A DNA stretch of 64,000 bases from Amoeboaphelidium protococcarum X5 (taxonomy: Eukaryota > Fungi > Aphelidiomycota): the NCBI GenBank assembly GCA_023515725.1, contig JALDTO010000098.1:1902961-1966960 (forward strand), given 5' to 3'. The notes beneath the pieces are model-generated. The model had not been told where the DNA came from. It did not search any database and saw only the letters and a program-made list of their open reading frames with translations. Both the position numbers and the translations under genes were made by a program. Below are positions 13,220 through 25,800 of this stretch, in pieces. The stretch's first letter is position 1. Each line of letters starts with the position of its first letter.

Positions 13220-14491
13220 ATGATCATCAATACTGTCGGTGTAGTGTGCCTATTTATTGCGTCAAGCTTGGCTCAAATTAACGCTGATTGCATTAATTAG
13301 CCAGAGAGTGAAGAATGTAAATACTACGAGTATCCGCTGGACAGAGCGAATGCAGATCTTGATAATTTGTGCAATGCTATGGGATGGATGCCTGGCTGTT
13401 CACTGAGAAAGTATTGCATCTCTAGTGGCAATAGTAATGGCGGCAGTGATAAATTGGACGTTTGTCATCCAATGTCTTTACTAAATGAAATTTGTGTCAG
13501 CGATAATATGGCGGGCATGAAGGGATGTGCCAGCTATAACACTCTGTGTGCCAAGACATCTGCCGTGCAGCAATGCAAGTATTACGCTAGCTCTTCCCGC
13601 CTTCCTTCAACGCGTCTGATATAAAAATATTTGAAGGATATTTGCGCTGATGGTCATATGGAAGACTGTGCTATGGTTACTAATGATAAGTGTAATATTT
13701 TCACTGGACCGCGACGTGGATGTGATCTTCTTACAGTGTATGGTCGCTTGTGCAGAGATATGGACACTATGGCTGGGTGTAGATACTACAATGAAATTCA
13801 GTGTTCTGCAGACTCGAAGTTGAGATAAGTGGCGGGAGTATGTGGAAGTAGTAATGGTGGTGGTGGTGGTCACGATGGAGGTGAGGATGATCCATTTGCT
13901 GATGCTCCCGTCTATTATCCTCCAATGAGAATGTATTTCCATTTCGGAGAGACTGAGATTATATTGTTTAAAGCTTGGACACCGCGCTCATCTGCTACAT
14001 ACTGGTTCAGTTTTGTGGCTATTTTGCTGCTTGGTATACTAACAGATTTGATTCCTATTGTAAGATCTTTTCTAAAGTACCGCTTTGCATTAAATTAATT
14101 GCAAAATGATTCAAAGAAGTATTCTGGTGAATCTTCCTCTCTTATTAGTAATAATGGAGACGTTAATGGTGAAGACATTGGAAATACGCGAGTGGCAATT
14201 ACCTAAAGTGCGATGGACGATCTAATCAACTTTTGTCTCAGTGTGATGGAGACTACGCTGTCTTACGGACTGATGCTTATTGCAATGACTTTTAATGTTG
14301 GCTTATTTGTCGCTGTCATCCTGGGCTTGAGTCTTGGATCCACCTTTTAGAATTGGGCTGTGAGATGGCTGAATCGTAAGTATCAAGGTATGGCTTTACT
14401 GACTGATGATAATGGTAAATTAACTTTACATAAGAGCAGTAGTGGAAGCTCCCTCTTCACTGCTGTCAGGAGCAAAGGCTGCGGATGCTGA
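13220..14491 (+). CDS. Ctr-family copper transporter with signal peptide and Cys/Met-rich extracellular repeats (Dictyostelium p80 / Chlamydomonas CTR-like architecture)
   Basis: Signal peptide, repeats 'LCNAMGWMPGC', 'CVSDNMAGMKGC', 'CADGHMEDC', 'LCRDMDTMAGC', then Ctr domain 'MRMYFHFGETEIILFKAW' and 'SYGLMLIAMTFNVGLFVAVILGLSLG' (MxxxM..GxxxG). Ends GCGC*. Confidence 0.9.
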
Positions 14492-14645
14492 AAACTACTT
14501 TTAATAGTACTTTATTTATTTATTTATCTCAATGAAAACTAGTATTTTATATGATTTAGTGATACTTTATTATTTTTTTTAAATTTCCCACAATCCTCTT
14601 TATCTAAAATTTTCCGAGTCTAATCATAAAGAGTGACGCGTTAAG

Positions 14646-15965
14646 ATGACTTGTGAATAGTAGAACAATACTTGCGATAGATCCAAGAGACCGAGCAATG
14701 ACTCGCCATTTAGACGTGCAGAAAGACTGTATAAATAGCGATAGTAACCGCTGGACATGTCTGCTGTTATTGATTTGAGAGATGTCTAACAGTCTTAAAT
14801 TGATTCTATGGGCATTGTCAAGATTTAGCTCAACGTACCTATTGACGCTGATTATTAGTTATTGGCGCGATATTTAAATACATCACCTGATACTATATAG
14901 CTAGAAGCATATCAATTTAAAAATGTACCTGGTCTGACTATAATTAGGAATGCTATGAACACTTAATTTCAAGAGGAGATGATTGAGAAATGCTTGATGG
15001 AACAGACTCGCCATCCTAATATGACAAATCTCGATATTCACTACCAGATGCCAACAGACAAGAGTATATTCTAGCTGTATGCTGAGTAATAAATGTCGCC
15101 AGATGTTGACTCTCCTGTAGAGATTGGTGTTAAAGATTTGTCTAATACTGAATAAGTACTAAAGACTGTTGGCTATGAAGTATCGCCTCTGAAAGACGCG
15201 TCACCTAAACGGCCTTCAGATCTTCTTAAAAGGCTTCGATGGTGCACTATGCGACTTAGATATAACTGGTTTACCAAGCTTTATGAAGATGTAGATAATG
15301 TGAATGTGATGGAAATAGATGATGTGCTGTAGTAGGTGTCATTCCAATTGGTTCAACTGATATCCCCTCATCTACGCGTTATACGTGGTCAAATTGGTGC
15401 AGAGCTGGGCCTTGCTGAAGAGAAGCCTGAAGTTTATGAATAGCGCCGCCTGCAGCGATAGTCATAAGGATACTCATCCGTACTTACTGCCAAGTCATCT
15501 CAGAGTATTAACAGTTGCGTAACTACTCAAGAGCCGATAGTACATGATAGCTGGTCTTATGATAGAGCCAGCCGATGGAAAGCCGAGGCTGGCATCATAA
15601 ACTATTATGGAGTAAAAGACTCTCTGACTGCTCATGTGGACCGTAGTGAAATCAATATGGAGAGTCCGCTCATCTCATACAGCTTTGGAAATTCGTGTAT
15701 ATTTCTCATTAGCACCGATCCGCAATGCACTGTGAATGGTCATCAAGGACCCCTACCTGTGGCGATCAAACTGGAGAGCGGAGATGTTCTATTTATGAGT
15801 GCAGAGGCCCGTAGAGCTCATCACGGCGTTCCGAGGATACTTGAGCAGTCTTGTCCACAAGATCTATTCGCGTCTAATCCTACACCATTACGAGAATTGC
15901 TTAGGGAATATGTTCAGAATGTTCGTATTAACATTAATCTCAGACAAGTATTCCCTATCGATTGA
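14646..15965 (+). CDS. ALKBH1: AlkB homolog 1 Fe(II)/2-oxoglutarate dioxygenase
   Basis: 'SPFRRAERLYK', 'PGLTIIRN', 'LKRLRWCT', 'AEAGIINYY...LTAHVDRSE', 'LESGDVLFMS', 'HGVPRIL', 'RININLRQV'. Confidence 0.9.
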
Positions 15966-16175
15966 CGTTCTCTTTTAAATAGATTTATAGATAGTATATT
16001 CTCAATGTCTTGTTATGTTGACTATCAATGCTTTACGCAACTTTGTTGTCGTGATACAATTTACCTGCTCTTTAAGACTGGAAGGAAACTAAAGTAATCC
16101 ACATTTATAATCATTTATCATTATTACTCAACAAACATCATCACTAAACTATCGCGTATATACTGCATTCTTACC

Positions 16176-19100
16176 TCAATATAAGCCACTCTTCTTCTTC
16201 AGTTCAGTCTACTTCCATTGAGGCAGGGAGGAGTACTTTTCGTAGGACATACCAAATACCTTCTCAAAATCAGACGCATTCACATACGATTCTAATTTCT
16301 CTAAATCAACTCCGAACGGCAGAGTAGCTTTATCACTTACAAATCCTTTGATTTCTGCCAGTGAGTACTTCTTTTCATTAATATACTGGCCGGCTTCACG
16401 CAGAGTTATACCCGATGGCCAATTGTCAGGATTGCGTGGTTACTCTTGCCAAGCTCCAAATTAGACTTTAAACGCACCAGTCTCAGCACCACTTTGCAAG
16501 ACATACGAATTCTTATCACTGAGCCTACCATCTTCTCTACCTCCAACATACTCTGCATACTTTTGAGCAGTCTCAATCGCCAATCTGATATCTCTGAATC
16601 CGGATGCAGTGTTCTTTGACGCGGCGACATCTAATCCAGCCTTCTTGGCGCTACTATCACCTAGAGGACTTTGTGCCACGTTCTTTCTACCAACCTGTGC
16701 TCCAATCCATACAAATAAGTTAAAGTAGGTATCCATAATGTATACACAGTCATCTTACAAATCAGTTGTTGTATACGGACATATTTCGGTTGCCGTCGGA
16801 TTTCCATTCACAAAATAGTTGATCTTCCACAATCTTGAGTCATACGGTGCCCCATCAGTGGAGTTTACCGTTGATGCCATAGACAAGGCGTCTTCAGGAG
16901 CAAAAGGTAGATAAGTCTTCAAATTCTTTCTGGAGCTATAAGTAGATGAAGAGTCATAACCAGCGCTGGCGCCAGAACTCAGATTGAAAGACTTCCAAAA
17001 ATCAGATGGCTCACCAGCCTCTTCACACTCAACGACAGACAATCCTCTACCACCAGCCAATGATTAAGCAGCATTTTATGCGGCGTTTCTTTCCCATTCA
17101 AAACTTCCTTTACCATACCATACATAGGCTTTACTCTTGGTCAAAACTACAAAAGAGTGGAGGGATGAGAGCATATTTGCATCTGGTTTATACAGTTCAA
17201 CGACACGACAATTATCCTCCATCGTGCTGACAGAGTGGAATATACGCAGAGGAGAAGAAATATTCGACTCTCTTTCCACAATGACTGCAGGAGAAGGAGC
17301 AACTGCGGCTTTTGGAAGCATATCCTATATACGCTGAGGCTAATCTTTAGGGATATTACCACCTCTAATCATATTGAGGAAATGAACAGGCTCCTTGCCA
17401 TCATTGACTCGAATATGTCTAGCCTTGGCCAGAACATCCAATCTACCATCATGAGTCATTTTCTCAACCTCCAGAGAGATGTGAGCCATAAAAGCTTGAT
17501 CCGATACTGAACTATCTTGTCCGGCCCATGTATAAAGAACAGCGCTATCACGCATAGATTCGACAATATCTTCTTTATTGATCTTGATTTTCTCTGCTAA
17601 CACTTTATCAGCCATCTTGGGCGGCCTCTCCTTGAACTCATACAACATGATATAGCACTCTCGACTATTGAAGACAAACGGCTTACTCTCAGAAAATTGT
17701 CTCTCCATTGAGGTCAACATCTTCTTGTCAACCTGGACCAATTTCTACTTTGTCACATCCTGATTGCCCACATCTTTAAACCCCCAAACTCTAAGACGAC
17801 TGAATCCCCAATCTCTTTTAATCAACTCTGATGAATCAATATCCAAAGCTTCTGTATTCTTAACGATAGCCAAATTTGCACTGCTATACTTGTCGTACAT
17901 TTGCATAATATCAACAGTGTTGGACTTCTTGATATCAGCTCCTCTATCATATACACGCCACTCCTTATCCTTCGCTTTAATATTACTCATTGCTTTAACT
18001 TCCAAGACATTGCCGACATTAACCTCTTTAATGGTAGGCCAATCCTCAAACTTGGACTTGAACATTACTCTCTCAAAACGCTCGCCTTCCAAAAGCACTT
18101 AAGGCTTAAATCCAGATTTCTTAGAAGCAAGATCCTCTGCGAACTTCATAGCGCCAGACTTGTCTTGTTCATTTGCATTTTTACCAGACCAGACATAAAT
18201 CTCTGACGCGCAGTCAACTATAACCACATCACTGCTGTTCAAGATTGAATGCTTCAGCTCTTTTCCGCTGGATACAACTTTCTGCGCATTATTGTTGATC
18301 CATTTGTACGCAGAGATATGATCATTCAAATAACTTTCAAATTGCACATCATCCTCATTTGACGAGACACTTAAATCTTTAATCTGCTCGACAATATCAT
18401 TTTTACTAGGTAAAGACTACTACTACGCCACTGTCTACCAGAATATAAACTCTTTTTCTTGTACAGTTCTCTCTTTAATGTTCTGCATTTCAACTAACGT
18501 AATCTCCGCTCTACCTCCATAATCCTTGTCTTTGACCAAATTGGCCAATTCAATGGCTTTAGTTCTTCTAACGCGAGACGTTTTCTCACCGGAGAGCACA
18601 AACAAAAGTCTAAACAATGGTCTCTCCGGGTCTTCCTTCATGTTAGAGCCCAGTTGATGAGCCGGTGACATGTCCAAGATGAAAGCGTCAGTTTGATTCA
18701 GTGACTTTAGCTGCAGCGGTAGAACTTACAATGACACTTTCTTCTTTCCTTTCACAACCATAAGTAGAGGGACTTTTGGGCGAATCGAGCCACCTGCAGC
18801 GTTAACAAAAGTGTCATTCTTGGACCCGCGAAGCTACACAGACTTAAAGTCTTGATTTGATGCCGATGCATTCAAAGTAGGCGCCTTATACGTGTATGTA
18901 GATTGCGGTTTATCAGGAGAAGTTCTACCAGAGCTACTGCCTAAACTTGAATTTGGTCCACTGCCGAATCTACTATATTGTCCTTTAGCTGTACTTTGCA
19001 CCGGTTAAGACACACTCAAAGAGGCGTTAGAAGCAGTTACATCACTTGTGGAGGCATTCTACGACAAAGTCGCAACACTGGTATTTCCAGCCGCTCCGGA

Positions 19101-20507
19101 ACTCTTTAACTTATTTCTCATTGCCAAGAATTCTGGAACATTACTTGATTGTGCTGCAGTCTTTTAAGCAGACGAAGTGGAGGTACCTGAGGTTTGAGAC
19201 TTTAATCTGCTTCTCATTTCAGCTAAATCAGATGAAGATCCAGACAGACTGTCCTTAGACGGACTTCTACTATTAGAGGAAACATTTTTCAACTTTGCTC
19301 TCAAAGCACTCAGATCTGCAGAAGATCCTGAGTCTTGCTTAGATGCACCAGAATCACGTCTAATCGGAGCTTAAACATTTGATAAAACCTTCGATGATGC
19401 GACCGCAGGCTCAGTTTTCTTTAGCTAATAAACAACCTCGACCTGACGTTGAGGTGTAGTGACCGGAACCGGACTTTCAGCTCCTGCCTTGAAAGAAGCA
19501 GCTGGATTGATTTTGCCAACGGGATTCACCCTAGAAGGAGGTAATTGCGGAATCTTTGCAGCCTTCTCACTCTCCTTCTATTACTGATCGATCTTACTCT
19601 TTACGAAGCCAGATTCTTTATCGCTTTCTTTCGATAAAACTACACCTGATGTATCCTTGTCGTCAGTATCCTTCTTAGCCGCCACAGCTGATGATGCCGT
19701 TGGCTTTAACTTGCTACGAAAGTCCAAGAACTCGGCCTTATCGCCGCTTGATTTATCACTGGTGCCACTAGACACACTAGTACCGCCTGATGGAGCAGAC
19801 GATGGAGTCGTAGTCTTTTTCAACTCTTTGCCAGCTCCCAAACCAACCAGCTTAAACCCACCGAACGTCTTTTTGGATGGAGAAGATTGTGTAGAATTCG
19901 CAGACGAGGACTCTTGCTCGCCATCCCCTTCAACGGCCTTCTCTTTCACAGTTTCCTTTTCGCTGGCACTAACAGGAGCAGATTGAGATTCAGCCAAGTT
20001 GGATCTTATAGCAGAGGAAGACGGCTTACCTAATTTAGCCTTGGTAGGCCGAGCAGAAGTTAGATGAGACAATGGTTACACTGATTTCACCGGAAGATCT
20101 GCAAATGTTGCCTTACTGCTTTCATCATCAGCATCATCCGCATTAACAGTAGATTCATTATCATGATGAGAGGCAGAAGATGCAGATTCATCAGTAACAG
20201 CAGCTCCAATGGAATCAGACAGAGAAGATGGACTCATTGGAGAAGTGGGCATCTTACTCAATATCGGAGAATCGGAAGACATGCCAGAAACAGCCATTGG
20301 ATTCATCTTTTCATCATCCCCATCATCTGATAATGGAGATTTCAGAGAGAACTACTACTGCTTTGTCGCCTACTCGATATTACTAATGGCTTAATTACGC
20401 AAAGACTACAATGAGTACTTCTTATTAGCTGGCTGCTAGATGCCATCTCCAGGCCTTTTGACAGACTGGTCTTCTTAAACCACAACATCAGATTCGATAT
20501 CAGACAT
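16176..20507 (-). CDS. Villin/gelsolin-family actin-binding protein with long disordered N-terminal extension and C-terminal headpiece
   Basis: Gelsolin repeats ('LLMVVKGKKKV...SLNQTDAFILD', 'LNSSDVVIVDCASEIYVWSGK', 'EGERFERVMFKSKFEDWP', 'FNSRECYI', 'DGKEPVHFL', 'VYIMDTYFNLFVWIG') and a villin headpiece 'FEKVFGMSYEKYSSLPQWKQTELKKKSGLY*'. Confidence 0.9.
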
Positions 20508-21155
20508 TCTAACACTATCACTAAATCGATCACTATCAAAAGTTTGAATGTATAATAATCTATAAAGAGTGGACAGATAATCAATCTAGTATCTTACTTG
20601 AATGAAGAAGATGGTGAGAGAGAAAAGGGACAATGGAAGATTTCGTTCAAACAATGAACTTTGTGAAACGGGCCGCGCCTGAAACAACAACAAATCAACA
20701 ACGATCCACTCGTCATCCATCGCCATCCGCAGTGAAGTAATTGAGATTGGTTACTACAGGGAACATTCAAGTAGAATTTAAAACTTAATTACCTCATCAC
20801 TTGACCATATATGCATGAAAAAGTTTATTGATTGGGGTGAATAAATCTACGCTGGTGCCACTGATCCGACGATGAACCGAAACACGTCATGAGAAATCAA
20901 CAAACCCAAAGATTGCAATTAATTCGATCTAGTAATGTCTATCATTACATTATAGCAAAAAAAGTTTTGTGTTTTCTAATTCAAACATTTTTGTCTTAGT
21001 TTCTATTCATCTGGTAGAATAAAAATCAAAATTTGAGCCTATTGTAAAACTTCAAAATTTCCATCCCCCTTTTTAGATACGCGACGCGCTTTTAACTTCT
21101 TCGTGAATTATTTCTATAGTTCGCGTAGTTTAGTAGCACTGCATTGATAACAATA

Positions 21156-22691
21156 ATGACGAAAAGCAAAAGCTGGACTGAAGCATTGCGATTGGCAGAG
21201 GGTGTTGTGTTGGGACATGCATCTGATATATAATAGGGAAAGAGTTTATGGACTGGCGTGTAATCTGCAGCGACCAAGCTTGCATATCAATAGATTATAA
21301 GTAAACGATCATCAGGGAATCAGAGTTATCTAATATCATCGTTCGTTAAGCGATGTTAAAGTTCTGAATAAGCTGGTAAATTTATGAATGATTTCTTTTA
21401 TTATCCTACTCTGCAGACTATTGATTAAAAGCGATCTGCATCGTCTGTATCTTCTTCAGTACTCAATAAAGTCAGTTCTCCTAGTAGTAGCCCTTAAGTA
21501 GGCCATAATGTCGCTGATCTATCCTTCTTGATGCACAACATCAAATCTCTGATCGAATGCGATCACCCCCTCCTGGACACTATGGCCAAGTACTATTTTG
21601 ATTCTGAGGGTAAGCAGGTGCGTCCGCTTTTGGTCATGCTATTTGGACGCGCCTCCATCCCTGATAGTTAGTAGTAGTAGTAAATGAATTTTAATTGGGG
21701 GAAACATTAAACACTGGCTAGTATTATTGAGTTGATACATACCGCCTCTCTAATACATGATGACGTGCTGGATAAAAGTAATACGCGTCGCCTATTGCCA
21801 GCTCTTCACACTCGCGATGAAGTGACAGCAGTTACGTAGAGAAATGAATAGAATGAAGAAGTTATTAGGTACAAGCTGGAGAATGGTAATAAATTGGCAA
21901 TTCTTTGCGGAGATTATCTGCTAAGTCGCGCCTCTGTAGCTCTAGCTGGTCTTGGAAACTTGGCAGTGGTTGAGAGCGTGGCTAATATCATTGGCTCTCT
22001 GGTGGAGGGGGAGGTGTTGCAAATGTACAATGGGAATTGCACGTACGATGGTTTCGACCGCACCAAAGTTGAAATGGTCGCGCTGGGTGATGAATATAGT
22101 CCAAATCAGATTTATCATTCCAGGTTTGGCACAAATTAAAATGTTCCAGTGTAGCTTTAGAATCTATTTGCCGTCTATGTTCAGAAAAGCTATCTCAAAA
22201 CTGCTTCACTGATGGCTCAAGCATGTTTGGCCTCTGTTTAATTACACCAACAATGCGATGATTTGGGATTCTCTTTGAATTAGCATAAAGTGCTGGAACA
22301 AAGCGCCATTCAATATGGAAGACATCTTGGACTTGCATTTTAGATCATGGATGACTTGCTTGACTATACTAGATCATCAAGTGAGTTGGGTAAACCTTCA
22401 AGAGCAGATCTTTAGAACGGCATAATTACTGCTCCGCTGCTGTACTCGTGCTTAGATCACCCAGAGCTACTTTAGGATGTGATTGATATTAGTTAAAAAT
22501 CCTCAGGCTGGCAATCGAAAATTCCTACAATCATGTAGTGCATCGACTCCTCTTCCGCTTATAAGAGAACGAAAGACTTGGCGTTGTGGCACGTAAATGA
22601 AGCCAAGAATAGCCTCTCTGTATTCCCAAAGAGTGAAGCGGTCGCTGCTCTAAATGCCTTATGTGACAGCGTTTTAAATAGAAATAAATGA
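21156..22691 (+). CDS. COQ1: Long-chain trans-polyprenyl diphosphate synthase (Coq1/PDSS)
   Basis: 'EGKQVRP', 'IELIHTASLIHDDVLD...RR', 'GNKLAILCGDYLLSRA', 'KTASL', 'GLAFQIMDDLLDY', 'LGKP', 'TAPLL'. Ends TGA 22689-22691. Confidence 0.92.
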
Positions 22692-22897
22692 AATATTGAT
22701 TGAATTTTACTTCTTTATGATGTGTAGCTGTACAACTCTTCATGCATTCACTATGCCTTTGCAATAATGATGTTGAAGATCTTCTGTCGGTGATTTGTCG
22801 CGTCGCCTTTCAATTGGTCTTTGATCGGTTTCTTCTTCTTGTTAAAGCCACACGCACTCTTTACAATACTGATCAAAGCTTACAGATTTGATTAGAA

Positions 22898-25800
22898 ATG
22901 AGCTATTATAAACCGTACTTGCCATCTAGTGGTATTGGAGGTGCGTATAGGATTAATGATATTTCCGGAACGAACGGTAATAGTAGTAGTAGTACTTATG
23001 GAGGAGACGAGTTTGATGGCGAGTCCCAGTTGTCTACCGTTGCACCTACCGGATCATCGGAGTATGAACAGTATTAGGAGCAGATAGAGTCTGGTGAGGC
23101 TGGAGGAAAGTACTATAGATTTAGAGTGTAGAATTTCCCGCAGACGGTACGCGCCATTGATCTGCACGATCACTTTGAACAATTTGGCCATTTGATCAAG
23201 GTGCAAGTTCTTCACGACAATGTCACTAATAGAAGCAAGACGACTGCTTTTCTGACTTTTAAAGGATTTCCTACCAAGATTTTTGATAAAGCTCCTATTG
23301 AAAGTGGTGATGGCGGTAAAGATGATAGTGTCAGTATGTATGTCAAGGCTCGGAGGATTCTTGGTAAGACTATGAAGATTTCCATTGTCTCTCCGGATGA
23401 TCAATCTGGATTGGAAATCGGCGCAGATGCTATTTTTAATGAGGACTTGTTCACCACTTCTTCTATTGCTGGTGCTTACTTATTGAATAGTATCTAGATT
23501 GGAACTCTTGTTGAACCTAATGCTCTCTTCTCTCCTATTACCATAAGAGATGAGCCTTTCCTCTGCGTTAGACCGAACGAGTCCACTAAGCGTTGGTAGG
23601 TATTTCTTAAGCTAAAGTCTGGAGCAGCTGAAGCTTCTAATTTATAATAATAGCCGCTAGATTCTCTTGAAAGTGCATAAGATTCTTAGAGAGATAAAGA
23701 TGACTAGATTCCATTGGAATAGGTGGAATATTTTAAGATGGAATTCGGATTCAGTGAAGTGTTGTAGATGTGGTTGGAGACATCGGATCCCGTAGAGTTG
23801 GCCAAGTGTCTATCATTTAATGGGAGAGATGAGAATAGTATCTCGGGCCGTCACGATAACAACTCTCTTAATGAGCCCAATGATGAGTAGGATGTCAAAA
23901 GTGATACCCAGGCCGATAATGATTATGAACTAAATTGCAAGACGTGGCTGGCTGTTGATTTGAAGAACTGTCCGCGCCTGTACAGAGGAGAACAGGGTGT
24001 TGTGGAAGAGCATGGAATATGGCAGTGGAAGAGGGAAGAGAAGATGGTATGGGTGCGCGTTCTTGGTCTGCCTGGATATCCTGAAGAGGATGGTGGTGCT
24101 CAATATGATTAGATAGATTTCACCAGTCACCGTATTTACAGATTTGAGTTGAAGAACTCTGCAATTAATTTGTAGAACCTTCTCTCTAAATGGAACTAAA
24201 TGTACAATGGCGATTTGTTGCAGAAGAAATCCAGCAGTATATTGCCGCCTAAGAAATCAGAGTTGATGGATCTTGAGTATCATCAGTAGGAATTTGTGAT
24301 GCAGAACGTTGAGAAGCCTATGAAATTGTATTCCACGCTACCTTTTGATCTAGTCACGTTGGATTCACTCATTGGAAAATTGCCTTTTGCCATTCTGTAT
24401 CGACTGCATGGCTTATGCGCGCAAGACATCGTATCCAAGTATATTCTGACGCCGTACTTTGTGGAGACAATTTAGAAACACTTGGCTTAGAATGATGATA
24501 AGGTGGTTGAAGCTGTACTGGAGTTATTTTACTTGCAAAAGAAGAGACTCTTCTTCCCTGCTCAAGATTTTGAGGCTTGTAAGAAGTAGGCGCTGGAATG
24601 GTCTTAGAATAAGCATAAGCTCCTACCTCCTCATTGTATGCAGATTCGGAAAGTTGTCGTGACACCGCGCCGTATTATCGCCTTGCCGCCTTCAGTAGAG
24701 CTTGGCAATCGTGTGCTGCGGCATTACTAGAGATATCAAGATTACTTTCTGCGCGTTGCGTTCACTGAAGAGTCATTGTCCAAGTTTCTGGATGGTCCGC
24801 GAATGTCTTCAGATTTGACGCAGCGCATCTCGCAGGTGCTGAAAAAGAAATTGAATATCGCTGGCAGAGAGTATGAATTTCTAGCATTTTCAAGCAGTCA
24901 ACTTCGCAGTCATTCTTGCTGGTTCTTTTGTGCTTGTGCAGATTTAGATGATCCGTCCAAGATGGTTACCGCTCAGACCATTCGCGATTGGATGGGAGAT
25001 TTTAGTAATATAAAGACTGTGGCCAAGTTCGCTGCCAGACTGGGTCAGTGCTTTTCATCAACCACCCCTGTGAATATAGAGTCCCAGAAAGTTATTGAGA
25101 TTCCTGACATTGAGAGAAATGGGTATAACTTTTCGGATGGTATTGGAAAGATTTCTCCTGTTATTGCTAAAGCCATCGCCAATGCTATGCAGTTGATTGA
25201 AATACCGTCTGCTTTTTAAGTGCGTATGGGAGGATATAAAGGAGTTCTGGCTGTGGATCCAACCATTAGTGATCAAGATGCTTTGGTCTAGTTTAGACCA
25301 AGTTAGAAAAAATTCATCACCTCCCATTAGTCTTCGCTGGACATTATTAGAACATCTCTTTATTCTCCGGCGTATCTTAATCATTAGATTATCACGTTGC
25401 TATCCTCGATGTAGGTGCGAGATAATGTATTTATGGATCTGCAAAGAGCCATGCAGGAGAAGTTGGAAGCGATTCAGAGTAGCTCCACTGTCGCTCTGGA
25501 GACTATACGACCTCATGCAAGTGAAAATGAGACTCTTCTTGTGCTGTGTAAAATGCTGCATGCTGGTGTAAAGAGTCAGGAAGATGTTTTTGTGCGCAAC
25601 CTCCTTCATCTGTACTAGTGTAGTAAACTGAAGGAAGTGAAGCAGAAGGCGCGTATTATTGTTCCAAATGGTGTTTAGCTGATGGGTGTTTTGGATGAGA
25701 CCAACACTTTGGAGTATGGTCAGTTGTATGTTTAATTCTCTGATCCTAAAGATCTGGATGGCAATAGGCAATATGTGGTCAAAGGAACTGTTCTTATGGC

